Shown piece by piece: positions 45,136-54,608 of a stretch of 64,000 nucleotides of DNA. Position 1 is the stretch's first letter. Each line of letters starts with the position of its first letter. Source of the stretch: an uncultured virus (IMG/VR IMGVR_UViG_3300001255_000001) (taxonomy: Duplodnaviria > Heunggongvirae > Uroviricota > Caudoviricetes); IMG/VR virus record IMGVR_UViG_3300001255_000001, positions 1 through 64,000 of that record. One strand, written 5' to 3'. The notes below the pieces were generated by a model. That model had not been told where the DNA came from. It made no database searches and saw only the letters and a program-made list of their open reading frames with translations. A program made the position numbers and the translations under genes.

Positions 45136-46131
45136 TCATATCCAAGAACGATATTCAATATCTGATACTGAATTTTTTACGCATGCTTTTATTTCTTCTT
45201 CAGTTAAATCACCAGCATCTTTGGCTTTATTTGGATAAATTTCTTTATACCCAAATGAGGCCCAAGAAATATCTTTATTCCGTAACTTAGATGATATAGA
45301 CCTGCCTAGTTCTCTTCCAGCCTCATCTGCATCTGTCATTATAATTATCTTGTTAAAGTATCTATTCAATAAAGACTGCTGTTCATTTGAGAGAAATCCT
45401 CCTAGCGTAGCAACAACGTTAGGAAATCCAGCCTGATGAATTCTTATTGCATCAAAATTAGATTCACATACTATTACCTGCTGGCCAATTTTTTTAGCCC
45501 TATGAATATTAAAAAGTGTTTTGCTCTTTGGCAAGTTGGTACTATTTTTAAAAGTCTTTCCCTCAATAGATCTTCCAACTATACCAATAGGGATTGCATC
45601 TGGGCTATGAACAGGAGTGACTACCATATTCATTGATGAAGAATATCCAAGATTAAAATGTTTCATAGAGTCTATGTTAATTCCTCTAGACTCAAGGTAG
45701 CTTCTAGCAATAGCACTGGATCCGAGATCTGAGTGAAGTCTATCTAGTGTCTCTTGAGAAAATTCTTGAAACACTGGCTTGTCAGAAAGTATATCTTCCA
45801 TCATCTCGTCAAAATTATTAAGTGCTTCTGTTTCTTTATTTGCAATTAACCTTAGTGATTGAAAATCATTCTTGTGCATGGTTCTCTTAATTAATTCAAT
45901 TAGTGTTCCAGTTTCTCCGCATGCTGGATTAAAGCAAATAAATGCACCAGATGTTTGACTTACGCTAAAGCTAGATGTATGTCTGTTGGAATGAAATGGG
46001 CAGTAGCATAGGAAGTCATTACCTGTCTCACCAACAATGTTCAATCCAATTTCTTTTAGGATTGATTTGATATGACTTGGGGCATATTCCGTGGTATCAA
46101 TTTGCTTTGAGTTATACCCTCTGATTGCCAT
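45136..46131 (-). CDS. dnaG: DNA primase
   Basis: CPFH Zn finger; GR; TOPRIM CES.FD and DADEAG. Confidence 0.92.
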   Translation of the reverse strand: MAIRGYNSKQIDTTEYAPSHIKSILKEIGLNIVGETGNDFLCYCPFHSNRHTSSFSVSQTSGAFICFNPACGETGTLIELIKRTMHKNDFQSLRLIANKETEALNNFDEMMEDILSDKPVFQEFSQETLDRLHSDLGSSAIARSYLESRGINIDSMKHFNLGYSSSMNMVVTPVHSPDAIPIGIVGRSIEGKTFKNSTNLPKSKTLFNIHRAKKIGQQVIVCESNFDAIRIHQAGFPNVVATLGGFLSNEQQSLLNRYFNKIIIMTDADEAGRELGRSISSKLRNKDISWASFGYKEIYPNKAKDAGDLTEEEIKACVKNSVSDIEYRSWI

Positions 46132-46358
46132 GCCTTCCTCTTTCCTACATATACGCCATGGAGTGTCATTAGGAACTTCCATGTTTCACCAGTAAATTCA
46201 ATTGAAAATGCTGGGTCTATATCTAAAACTCTTACGTAACCTTTGCCACGCATGTCCTGTATAAGAAGATTTTCATATTGTGGTTTTAGACTTATGAGCT
46301 GTGCGTTGTCATAAAACTCAACTTCAATCTGAAATCTTTTAATTCTTTTGTGCGTCAT
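46056..46358 (-). CDS. hypothetical protein
   Basis: ORF between helicase and primase. Confidence 0.65.
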   Translation of the reverse strand: MTHKRIKRFQIEVEFYDNAQLISLKPQYENLLIQDMRGKGYVRVLDIDPAFSIEFTGETWKFLMTLHGVYVGKRKAWQSEGITQSKLIPRNMPQVISNQS

Positions 46359-47586
46359 TTTCAAACGGGTTTTCGTAAATCTCCTTAACGATACCTCTAT
46401 TGATATCCCAGTCTAAGAATACTCCAAAGTCGTGGCCGTGTCTATTCTTTCTAGATACAACCTCGATCATATCCGTGCCCTTGTACTTATGAATAGCCAT
46501 AGCCATATCAGCATCGTATTCAATTGCTTTTGACCATGCCACTTGACTCATCATTGGCGGATTATCCTGATCTGTAATATCATCTGCAGTTGCAGCAGTA
46601 ATATCAATAATAGGAATATTATTTCTGACCGCCAAGTTTTTAAACTCACGAGAGATATTCATATTACGCTCAGTAGGAGCTTTTGAATTATTATTGTCTG
46701 TAAACAACTGGTGATAATCTAAGATAACAATGTCTGGCTTATGCTGATCAATCTTTGCCTGAATAGCATTGGGAGTTACATTACCAGAGCCTTCATTAGA
46801 AACTAGAATAAACTTGTTCTTGTCCGCAAACTTTTTGCCAGACCAACTTCTGAAATCATCAATGTTAATATCTCCCTTTGCAAAGTCACTGGCTTTAAAT
46901 AAACCAGACCCAAGCATAGTATAAATTCTGTCACGCATATTTTCTGGTGTCATTTCAAGAGAGACAATCATGGGCTTAAATCCCTGCTCCCAGGCCTTAC
47001 AGGCTAGGTAAGAGGTGAACCATGTCTTACCCTTTCCTGGCCAGCCAATAGCGACTATAAGGTGCCCTGGAGCCATTCCAGTGGGGTATGCAAGGTCGAT
47101 TGACTGAAAGCCAGTCTTAATCCCTGGAGATCCCCCCATCTCGGCTGTACGGACCTTCAGGGCCTCTAAATGCTTAATTGCGTTATCAGCATCTGTCACA
47201 TCTAAGTCACGGACATTATTAGTATATTTATTTAAGCTAGCAAGCTGTGACTGCAATTCGTTAATAACTCTGGAAGCAACATCTTCTTTTAGCATTGATC
47301 CACCACGAATTAAAATGCTCTTTAGCTTGCTAGATAAAAATTCATTCTTAAGATTATCTAAATAGTAGGCAGTCTCAGCTGTTACATTTAGGTCTGGCTC
47401 GAAGTCTTTGAACTTCTCTTGCAGTATTCCTACTTCTGGAATACCCTTAAATTTGCTGTAATATGACTTTAAGCCTTCCCAAACATCTCCGTGTGAAGTA
47501 AATAGCTCATCTACATTTTCAGCCATAACAACGCTGATGTCTTTATTCTTACAGATAGCAGAAATTAATGTTGCTTCGGTATTCAT
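46339..47586 (-). CDS. dnaB: DnaB-like replicative helicase
   Basis: GWPGKGKT, SLEM, LDYHQL, IEYDAD and KNRHG motifs. Confidence 0.93.
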   Translation of the reverse strand: MNTEATLISAICKNKDISVVMAENVDELFTSHGDVWEGLKSYYSKFKGIPEVGILQEKFKDFEPDLNVTAETAYYLDNLKNEFLSSKLKSILIRGGSMLKEDVASRVINELQSQLASLNKYTNNVRDLDVTDADNAIKHLEALKVRTAEMGGSPGIKTGFQSIDLAYPTGMAPGHLIVAIGWPGKGKTWFTSYLACKAWEQGFKPMIVSLEMTPENMRDRIYTMLGSGLFKASDFAKGDINIDDFRSWSGKKFADKNKFILVSNEGSGNVTPNAIQAKIDQHKPDIVILDYHQLFTDNNNSKAPTERNMNISREFKNLAVRNNIPIIDITAATADDITDQDNPPMMSQVAWSKAIEYDADMAMAIHKYKGTDMIEVVSRKNRHGHDFGVFLDWDINRGIVKEIYENPFENDAQKN

Positions 47587-47903
47587 AGTCCGCCTTCCTC
47601 CACCATCTTCTTGGTATTCTCTCTCAATAAACGACGTGTCTCGATATCTTTTTGCAATTCAATTCTGGTTTGTTCCATTTTGTCAAAGTTATAATAGAAG
47701 AACTGCAATGGGTGACCAAACTTTTCTAAAGAAAAATAATAGTTCATTAGATCAATTGCCTTATCCATTCCAACGCTATCTATGACATCTTGCATGGCCC
47801 ACTTTTCTCTAAACTTATTTATGGTTGCAGGCTTCTTATACTTTTCAGTGTAAAGGTTTTGGTAAAGACTCATCAAAACATATGGCTCTTTATTATTTGC
47901 CAT
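47583..47903 (-). CDS. hypothetical protein
   Basis: Coupled upstream of the helicase. Confidence 0.7.
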   Translation of the reverse strand: MANNKEPYVLMSLYQNLYTEKYKKPATINKFREKWAMQDVIDSVGMDKAIDLMNYYFSLEKFGHPLQFFYYNFDKMEQTRIELQKDIETRRLLRENTKKMVEEGGL

Positions 47904-48096
47904 TCTTAAGCTCTTCTTCTACCTCAGCAGTTTTTTGAATTAACTTTCCCTCAACAAATGCGTAAACTCTTTCTGTGGCAGCATCGACTGTCTCTCCCTG
48001 CCTAACATCATCTTCAACCCCTACGCCAATTTTAATGCTCTCGTAGTTACCTAGATTTCTGGTAAAAGAAAGATCCACCTTGACCCTTGTTGTCAT
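47893..48096 (-). CDS. hypothetical phage protein
   Basis: TRNLGNYESIKI motif. Confidence 0.75.
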   Translation of the reverse strand: MTTRVKVDLSFTRNLGNYESIKIGVGVEDDVRQGETVDAATERVYAFVEGKLIQKTAEVEEELKNGK

Positions 48097-48203
48097 TTGT
48101 TGTGCTCCTTAATATGTCTATTCAATGTAAAGTGTGCAAAACCAGATCTTACCTCTATGTCTTTTTTACATATAGGACAAAAAATAGTTCTGTTGCTTGC
48201 CAT
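48093..48203 (-). CDS. 36-aa C2H2-type zinc finger
   Basis: CPICKK...LNRHIKEH; coupled on both sides (own translation). Confidence 0.65.
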   Translation of the reverse strand: MASNRTIFCPICKKDIEVRSGFAHFTLNRHIKEHNK

Positions 48204-48685
48204 TAATCCGCCTTCCAAACTGGTACGAACCCGCTATCTGTCTTAGTATACAATACAAAGCTGTGTTTGAGAAGAGCCAATAATTCTGCCTTTGATGGCA
48301 TATTATTAGAATGACCAGAGTCTAAAATATATTGATGTAAATCTAATATATCTTCTTCGCTAAACATATACTTAGACCAGCCTTCTTTAGAAAGGCTTCC
48401 TATTGGATATATTTTTTGAGGTGTCTTAATCTTTTCCTCTAATATATAATCCTGTATTGTCACTCTGTGCTTATTCAACATCTCTGCAACTTGTACAACG
48501 CTGTATGCGTTGCCCATATGCTTATTGACTTCTGAGTAAGGATACAGAACCCGTTTTGCATCTGGATAGCACCAAGCAATTACTTGGTCTTTGGCTCTTG
48601 ATGAGCTAATGACCTTATGTATTTTCCCGTTTAAGAAGAAATACCGTATCGCTTTAATTGATCTTCCTCTATCTTTTCCAGCCAT
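48203..48685 (-). CDS. HTH (MerR/excisionase-like) DNA-binding protein
   Basis: YSVVQVAEMLNKHRVTI...FSEEDI. Confidence 0.75.
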   Translation of the reverse strand: MAGKDRGRSIKAIRYFFLNGKIHKVISSSRAKDQVIAWCYPDAKRVLYPYSEVNKHMGNAYSVVQVAEMLNKHRVTIQDYILEEKIKTPQKIYPIGSLSKEGWSKYMFSEEDILDLHQYILDSGHSNNMPSKAELLALLKHSFVLYTKTDSGFVPVWKAD

Positions 48686-48819
48686 TTGCCCAACTTGTTT
48701 GTATTTTTATTCATCATCCAGCGCTTGCCGCACATGATGCAAAACAATTCCATATGTAGCTTCTGAGAAAAAACTCTATCTATAAATACTCTTCCGTTAC
48801 ATTTATTACATGTTATCAT
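48631..48819 (-). CDS. Zn-ribbon protein
   Basis: CNKCNGRVFIDR...CIMCG. Confidence 0.7.
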   Translation of the reverse strand: MITCNKCNGRVFIDRVFSQKLHMELFCIMCGKRWMMNKNTNKLGKWLEKIEEDQLKRYGISS

Positions 48820-49616
48820 ACTTGAAATAACTTTCCATCCACAACGCATGAGTAATCTGGTGAAACATGTATCATTTGAATATGAGGATAATCATTAACA
48901 ATATGTGCGATGGCAAATCCTTTTTGCCAATCGTGATGTTGAGTGTACTTCATTCCTGGACCCTTTTCATCACACATGTGACCAATTTCATATCCACGAA
49001 GAGTTTCTCCCTCTCCATTATTTCTAAGCTCATAAGTTACCATATGGGAAGCAATTCTATGAGAGTGCCCACGAATCAAAGATACCTGCATATCTTCCAT
49101 GTCTTTTCTAGCGGATCCAGTTGCTGCAATTGAAAGACCATGATGAACGTGAATATCTCCGAAGCGGCGTTTAGGAAGCTCGTCATAATAAATATATTCA
49201 TATCCAAGTGAGTCTAGAGACCACAGAGCCTCTGGAGTTACTTCATTAATATAATCTGGAAGCTTAGCATCAACATAATTAAAGATACGTATATCGTGAT
49301 TGCCTAAAGCAGAAAATAGCTGGGCGTTAGGAAGCATCTCTCTTGTCTTAGCATAAAAATCTCTAGCGCCTTTTGCCTCATGTCTCATCATCGGCACGAT
49401 TAAATCTCTACTATCATTCTTGTGAAGTTGCATAAACTCTGCTGAGCGGCCTTCTGTATACTTGCTATAACATGCTTGATCATCTGTATCACCAAGGTAG
49501 TCAACGACATCTGGCTTAAACCATTTCATTACCTTAAACCAAAGCTCGATCATCTTGTCATCTTGATAAGGGAATTGCTGGTCCGAAGATAGCATCCACT
49601 TTAAATCGTTTGTCAT
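48816..49616 (-). CDS. calcineurin-like metallophosphoesterase
   Basis: SDQQ, GDTDD, GNHD, HHG and GHSH motifs. Confidence 0.88.
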   Translation of the reverse strand: MTNDLKWMLSSDQQFPYQDDKMIELWFKVMKWFKPDVVDYLGDTDDQACYSKYTEGRSAEFMQLHKNDSRDLIVPMMRHEAKGARDFYAKTREMLPNAQLFSALGNHDIRIFNYVDAKLPDYINEVTPEALWSLDSLGYEYIYYDELPKRRFGDIHVHHGLSIAATGSARKDMEDMQVSLIRGHSHRIASHMVTYELRNNGEGETLRGYEIGHMCDEKGPGMKYTQHHDWQKGFAIAHIVNDYPHIQMIHVSPDYSCVVDGKLFQV

Positions 49617-49702
49617 TATTTACCCTAATGTTAGTAGGCCATGAATATTCATGGCCTTAGCGCTACATCAAATTGTAGCATTATGTGTTATATTGTCAAT
49701 AC

Positions 49703-50176
49703 TTATTCTATGAGTGATGGGTTACCGCCACCACCAGATCTTTGATAGCCTTGAGTTTGTGGTGCATCTACGGCAATCCATTGAACATAAACTTTTCCAT
49801 TTCTTGTTGCGCCTACTGGCATCATTCTTACAGTAAACTCTGTTGCGCTTGCTGATGTTACAACTGGCATATATTTATGTGTTAAAAAGTTTTCCCCGCT
49901 TGGCTGCCACACTGTACATGTTATGTTAGGTCTTGCAGAAAAAGTCTTTTTAAAAGGAATTGTGAGTTCTCCAGTGCCTGCTGTATTACAAGGAACTGAG
50001 GGTCTACCAGAATCAATTACTTGGCTTGCTCCAGGGGCTCCAGGGGCTCCAGGGGTTCCAGTAGTGCTACCTGCCATAGCATTAATTAGATTAATGTTTT
50101 CGGCCATAGCTTGAAGTAACTCTGATGTAATTGGATCACCAGGGTTAACATTCATATTTTTTAATTTTTCTGCCAT
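49703..50176 (-). CDS. tail-associated protein with H-type lectin/gp53-like C-terminus
   Basis: IPFKKTFSARP.I...SATEF...VQWIA pattern; end of tail module. Confidence 0.6.
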   Translation of the reverse strand: MAEKLKNMNVNPGDPITSELLQAMAENINLINAMAGSTTGTPGAPGAPGASQVIDSGRPSVPCNTAGTGELTIPFKKTFSARPNITCTVWQPSGENFLTHKYMPVVTSASATEFTVRMMPVGATRNGKVYVQWIAVDAPQTQGYQRSGGGGNPSLIE

Positions 50177-50177
50177 T

Positions 50178-50324
50178 TTACTTCTCCTCTGACTCCTCAG
50201 TCATTTGTTCTTTTTGAAGCTGTGTTATTTCTGCACGAAGAATTGCAATATGCGTCTCATATTGTGAGACTAGGTCCCCAATTCTTTGCTGTAGTGCTGC
50301 TATTACCAATTCTGCTTTATCCAT
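50178..50324 (-). CDS. 48-aa coiled-coil protein
   Basis: AAGGAG RBS; LVIAALQQRIGDLVSQYE... (own translation). Confidence 0.7.
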   Translation of the reverse strand: MDKAELVIAALQQRIGDLVSQYETHIAILRAEITQLQKEQMTEESEEK

Positions 50325-50355
50325 TATATCTCCTTGATAGATTTACAGTATACCA

Positions 50356-50559
50356 TTATGGTGTATTTGTGTCTAGCCCGTGAAGCTGTATATATGACTC
50401 GGTTGTCATGTCTTCCATTGTTACTCCAGGGTGTCTTGTAAAGCTTTCAATTAGGCTAGCACCGCAATCTGGACATGTGCCATAAGCATTATTGGCATCA
50501 ATTCTTTCTGCATACATTTCTTTATCATCTATACAGATTACGCAAAAAAACTTAATCAT
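50356..50559 (-). CDS. small Zn-binding protein
   Basis: CVIC...CPDCG. Confidence 0.6.
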   Translation of the reverse strand: MIKFFCVICIDDKEMYAERIDANNAYGTCPDCGASLIESFTRHPGVTMEDMTTESYIQLHGLDTNTP

Positions 50560-53324
50560 CTTGACTCCAATTCAAGAACTTTAGACTGAAGAGACACTAT
50601 TTCTTGCTTCATTTCTTTAACTAACGGTATTAATAAAGCTGATATAAACCACGGATCTTTTAAGGATGTGGGTTGGCCATTTAAATTTCTTTGAACAAAA
50701 TATCCAAGTCCAGCATCTTCTAGGTCCTCCACAATAAAACCAAACATCTGTGTTCCCTTAATAAGGTCATCAACTTCATCAGAATCAGTTTTATAGTTAT
50801 AAAATGCTGGAGAAATATCTAGCACTCTATCATAGTATCTCTTTGGTGTATATGCTATGTTTTCTTTGAATCTTCTTGATGAGCTGTCAATAGTTCCGTT
50901 TCTAATCCATCTAACATCTCTTGCTCTTAAATCGTTAGTAATTTCTGCAGCATATACTAAATTTCTGCTTGTATCTACAGCAATTCTGTTTACGTCATCC
51001 TTAGTGTTAACTCTAAATGATGCATTGGCTGACCCGTATGGGTTTCCAATTCTCATTCCGTAGTCCCCGCTAGTTCCTCCAAGATCAATTGATCCAATCA
51101 AAACCTTGTTACCAAAAATAAGTCTTGGGTTTACGTCTAGCTTTGCAGTAAAATCTGTACCACCTGTTAGTGTAAAGCCACCAATAACTCCAGACGTTGC
51201 AGTTACTGCTCCAGTAAATGATCCTGTTGCTGCACTAAGCGTTCCAGCAAATGTCGCGGTTCCATCTGATAAAATTGAGAATGTTGGTACGCTGTTCTTG
51301 TATCCAAAAAGTCCAGTGCCAGTAAATTTTAATCCGCTATTTGCGGAACCACTAAATATTTCAAGTCCAGTTGCGTTTGCTGTAATTTTATTATCTACTG
51401 CGTTTTGAACTATCAATGAAGATGCATTTAATTTAGTTCCCAGATCAGTTGTTTTTGCAAATGTCGTATCTCTTCTAGATGTCCAAGAGGATCCTGTCCA
51501 TGTTTTTAATTCATTTCCGCTTGCTGTAGATGTATCTATCCATATGTCTCCAACTCTATTAGCAGTAGGTGCGGTAGTTCCAACAAAAGTTGTGTTCTTT
51601 GTAGCTAAACCAGTAGATATAGTTCCAACGCTATTAGATAATGTTGTGACGCTTGTGTTCAATGTTGAAACAGTGCCTTCTGCTGTAGTAAGCCTTGTAT
51701 TTATTCCAGTTGTTGTTGCGGTGGTTGCATATCCGTCTACAGTTGTATTCGATCCAAGCACAGCACCAGCTGCATATAGCGTTCCATCTACTCCTACTCT
51801 AAACTTAGCATTTGCATCTGGAGTGTTGTTTCCTGCCCACATAACAAAACTTCCAGAAGATTTCAGATAAACACTTTGAGCTGCTGTTGATCCAACTTGA
51901 ATTTGTCCAGCACTATCTAGTATTATGTTATTTTTAGATAAGGTTGTATTTGTTATATTCCAGCTACCTATGCTTCCTGCATTTGCTGTAATTGTTCCGT
52001 TTGCTGCAGACAAAGTCACTGAGTTGGTGCCATTTGCAACTTTAAGACCAGTTGAGTTTAGTGCAAATCCGTTGCCAGTTAGATTACCAGTGGCTGTATC
52101 AATTGTTCCGCTATATATTGCTGAGCCTTTCCCTCCACTTGGATTAGACATAAATATGTTTCCGCTAAATGTTCCGCCTTTTGCATTAATATCTCCATCT
52201 ATAGTTAGCTTAGCCCCGTCCCACAAAAGATAATTTGAAGTTGGTCCACCAACTTTAAATAAAGCAGATTGGTTAGAGTCTATGTGCCAGTAGTTACTTG
52301 CATTAAATAATAGTCCTCGTTTGCCAGTTTCTATTCCATATCCAAATTTAAAGGCAGTTGAATCTGCATCGCCAGCATTTGCTTTTGCTCTAAAAAATCC
52401 ACTGACATCTACTGTGCTTGCAATATAAGGGGTTCCACCAACAGTAACATTTGTTCCAGCAACATAGCTAGACGATGTGTTGTTGTATTCATCATATGTT
52501 GCAACTGCTATTTCATAAACCAAACCTGCACCTAATCCCGCAAGCCTGTATGAAGTTCCAGTTCCAGGAGAGTCCGCATATGAGTAGCTTGACTCTGGAG
52601 TAGTTATTGGCCTAAATCTTATTCTATATCCACGGATTCCACCTCCAGTAACTGCTGGCCATGATATGTTTGCGTATCCGTTAAATCCTACAATTCCTGT
52701 GGTGTCTAGTCCGCCAGATGTGTTTACAGAATCAACGTTTCCTGGACCAGTTACATCTACTACAATTGGGTCAGTTGCTTTAAATGGACCAGAGATAACG
52801 CTTTTTTTTCGATAGTCTTGATCTCTAGTATCTACACGTATCCATCTATTATTTGTATCAGATACTAATATTGTTGCAGAGTTACCATTTCCATTCCAAA
52901 CTAAATATTCTTCTCCTGCAAATGCTCCAGTTAAGCTTTCGTATATTTGTATATCAATTAGCCATTTATTTTCAGGTAATGATTTATCAATTAGATCCCA
53001 CTTAACTCCATAAGATAATAGTCCAGGTGTTACAACTAAATTTGTGACTGGTCTAGTTAAATCAGGTGTCGCCAAAGTAAAAGTAAAGTTTGGAGAACTT
53101 GGTCCAACTATTGTCTCTGAAGTGTTATCTGGATCTTCATACAAGTACGCAAAGGCCATCTTATAGACCGCACCTTGGACAACATTGAATCCTGATTTTT
53201 GTACTGTGAATGAGCCTGGAGTTTTTTTATTTGCATTTGCTGCTGCATCCGCATCTGATCTCTCTTGGTCTGCTGGTATAGTCTCTCCGCCGCCATCATG
53301 AGCCTGAATCCATCTGAATGACAT
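50556..53324 (-). CDS. tail fibre/spike with FN3 domains and C-terminal S74-type chaperone
   Basis: FN3 pattern (ISW..V...GYRIR...YEIAVATYD); G/T-rich repeats; SSRRFKENI...GFIVED + coiled coil. Confidence 0.82.
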   Translation of the reverse strand: MSFRWIQAHDGGGETIPADQERSDADAAANANKKTPGSFTVQKSGFNVVQGAVYKMAFAYLYEDPDNTSETIVGPSSPNFTFTLATPDLTRPVTNLVVTPGLLSYGVKWDLIDKSLPENKWLIDIQIYESLTGAFAGEEYLVWNGNGNSATILVSDTNNRWIRVDTRDQDYRKKSVISGPFKATDPIVVDVTGPGNVDSVNTSGGLDTTGIVGFNGYANISWPAVTGGGIRGYRIRFRPITTPESSYSYADSPGTGTSYRLAGLGAGLVYEIAVATYDEYNNTSSSYVAGTNVTVGGTPYIASTVDVSGFFRAKANAGDADSTAFKFGYGIETGKRGLLFNASNYWHIDSNQSALFKVGGPTSNYLLWDGAKLTIDGDINAKGGTFSGNIFMSNPSGGKGSAIYSGTIDTATGNLTGNGFALNSTGLKVANGTNSVTLSAANGTITANAGSIGSWNITNTTLSKNNIILDSAGQIQVGSTAAQSVYLKSSGSFVMWAGNNTPDANAKFRVGVDGTLYAAGAVLGSNTTVDGYATTATTTGINTRLTTAEGTVSTLNTSVTTLSNSVGTISTGLATKNTTFVGTTAPTANRVGDIWIDTSTASGNELKTWTGSSWTSRRDTTFAKTTDLGTKLNASSLIVQNAVDNKITANATGLEIFSGSANSGLKFTGTGLFGYKNSVPTFSILSDGTATFAGTLSAATGSFTGAVTATSGVIGGFTLTGGTDFTAKLDVNPRLIFGNKVLIGSIDLGGTSGDYGMRIGNPYGSANASFRVNTKDDVNRIAVDTSRNLVYAAEITNDLRARDVRWIRNGTIDSSSRRFKENIAYTPKRYYDRVLDISPAFYNYKTDSDEVDDLIKGTQMFGFIVEDLEDAGLGYFVQRNLNGQPTSLKDPWFISALLIPLVKEMKQEIVSLQSKVLELESR

Positions 53325-54211
53325 TATAGAAACCCTAAATTGATTTTATATTCTATGTCCATCTCTACTCCCAAAACCTTTACTATTGGGCTAGAAAGAA
53401 CTGATCTGCTTATAAGTCCATACTGCGGATTATATCTATCGTCATCATTAAGTCTTAGTCCATCTAAAAGCACTGTCGTAGAGACAGAAGTTTTGGCTTT
53501 TGCTCCAACCTCAATCTTTATTATGTTAGCAAAGTCTGTTGTTCCAGCTGAAGTAAATGCTGAGTTAAAAAGATTTGACAACTTAGTGGTTAATACCTTA
53601 TGCCCAATAGACGTGGCTCCAGCAAATCTAACCTCTTTGTAATTAGAGGCGGAGCTATAAAATCTTGCGTAAACATAATCTAAGTTTAAATCAGATTGGT
53701 AAAATGCAAAACTTATGCTGTCATCTACACCGTATCCAGAAATATCAAATATAGTATCTAGGCTATACGATTTAGACCCACCGCTAACAGCAGATACGGT
53801 AAAAAATGAAGATCCTATTTTTGGAGTTGGAATTGAAACTGTTGTTGGTGGGTTACCAGCACTGTCAAGCCAAGAAGATGCATTCTCAAATGAAGATATA
53901 TATTTTGAAGAGTAGTCTGTGTTTTGAGCAAAGGCTGTAGGAAAGATTCCAATTTCTGAAATAATGCCTTCTGTATCTGTTGGTAAAGTAGACTTATACA
54001 CTACAGCATAAGTTGTTTGGCCAGTAGAGGTATTTGTCTGTATGTCTATGCTTCCTAAACTTACTCCAGTTCTATAAAATTCAAATTCCAAGTCTGTGTC
54101 GTTTACGGTTGCTGGTGTTGAGCCTATGCCTATTGCAATATCTTTTTGATTAAAGTTAAGGCCATTTGCTAAGTAAGAAGTAATAAATCTTTTACCAAAT
54201 TTTGTTATCAT
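53324..54211 (-). CDS. minor tail protein
   Basis: MITKFGK...IAIGIG..P....DTDL.FE..R; tail module context. Confidence 0.7.
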   Translation of the reverse strand: MITKFGKRFITSYLANGLNFNQKDIAIGIGSTPATVNDTDLEFEFYRTGVSLGSIDIQTNTSTGQTTYAVVYKSTLPTDTEGIISEIGIFPTAFAQNTDYSSKYISSFENASSWLDSAGNPPTTVSIPTPKIGSSFFTVSAVSGGSKSYSLDTIFDISGYGVDDSISFAFYQSDLNLDYVYARFYSSASNYKEVRFAGATSIGHKVLTTKLSNLFNSAFTSAGTTDFANIIKIEVGAKAKTSVSTTVLLDGLRLNDDDRYNPQYGLISRSVLSSPIVKVLGVEMDIEYKINLGFL

Positions 54212-54588
54212 ATTATAATAGCCCCTTTTACAATATCTCCTACGCTGTTTTTTACTTCAAAGGTGACTCTGAGAAACCTATTGTTGTTTGAGTCATAGTA
54301 TATTTCTGGGTCAGTAATTATTGATCCAGAAGAATATCGTTTGCCTGTTTTACCTATAAGAGTAATGTCTTCTAGATTTGGAGCCAGAACTGGTTCTGGC
54401 GGTGGCTCTGGAGGTCCATCAGAACCTTCTTCTGGAACATAAGTCTTATCTACCTGGTTTGTATATAGATTTACAAGATCGTATTGATCTGTTTTTAATA
54501 TACCAATTAGGGGTGAGTCTAGTGGTAGCTGGACTTTGATTCCACCAGCTATTTGAGATTTTCCTATTTTAGGATTTTTTCTAACCAT
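54208..54588 (-). CDS. tail-module hypothetical protein
   Basis: Position in the tail module. Confidence 0.65.
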   Translation of the reverse strand: MVRKNPKIGKSQIAGGIKVQLPLDSPLIGILKTDQYDLVNLYTNQVDKTYVPEEGSDGPPEPPPEPVLAPNLEDITLIGKTGKRYSSGSIITDPEIYYDSNNNRFLRVTFEVKNSVGDIVKGAIII

Positions 54589-54608
54589 ATAAAGATTCTA
54601 CCATTTCA

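Noticed and set aside
32503..47586. Inteins or introns in terL, recA, dnaE and dnaB
   Set aside because: The ORFs are uninterrupted and of ordinary length, with no visible intein or homing-endonuclease motifs.
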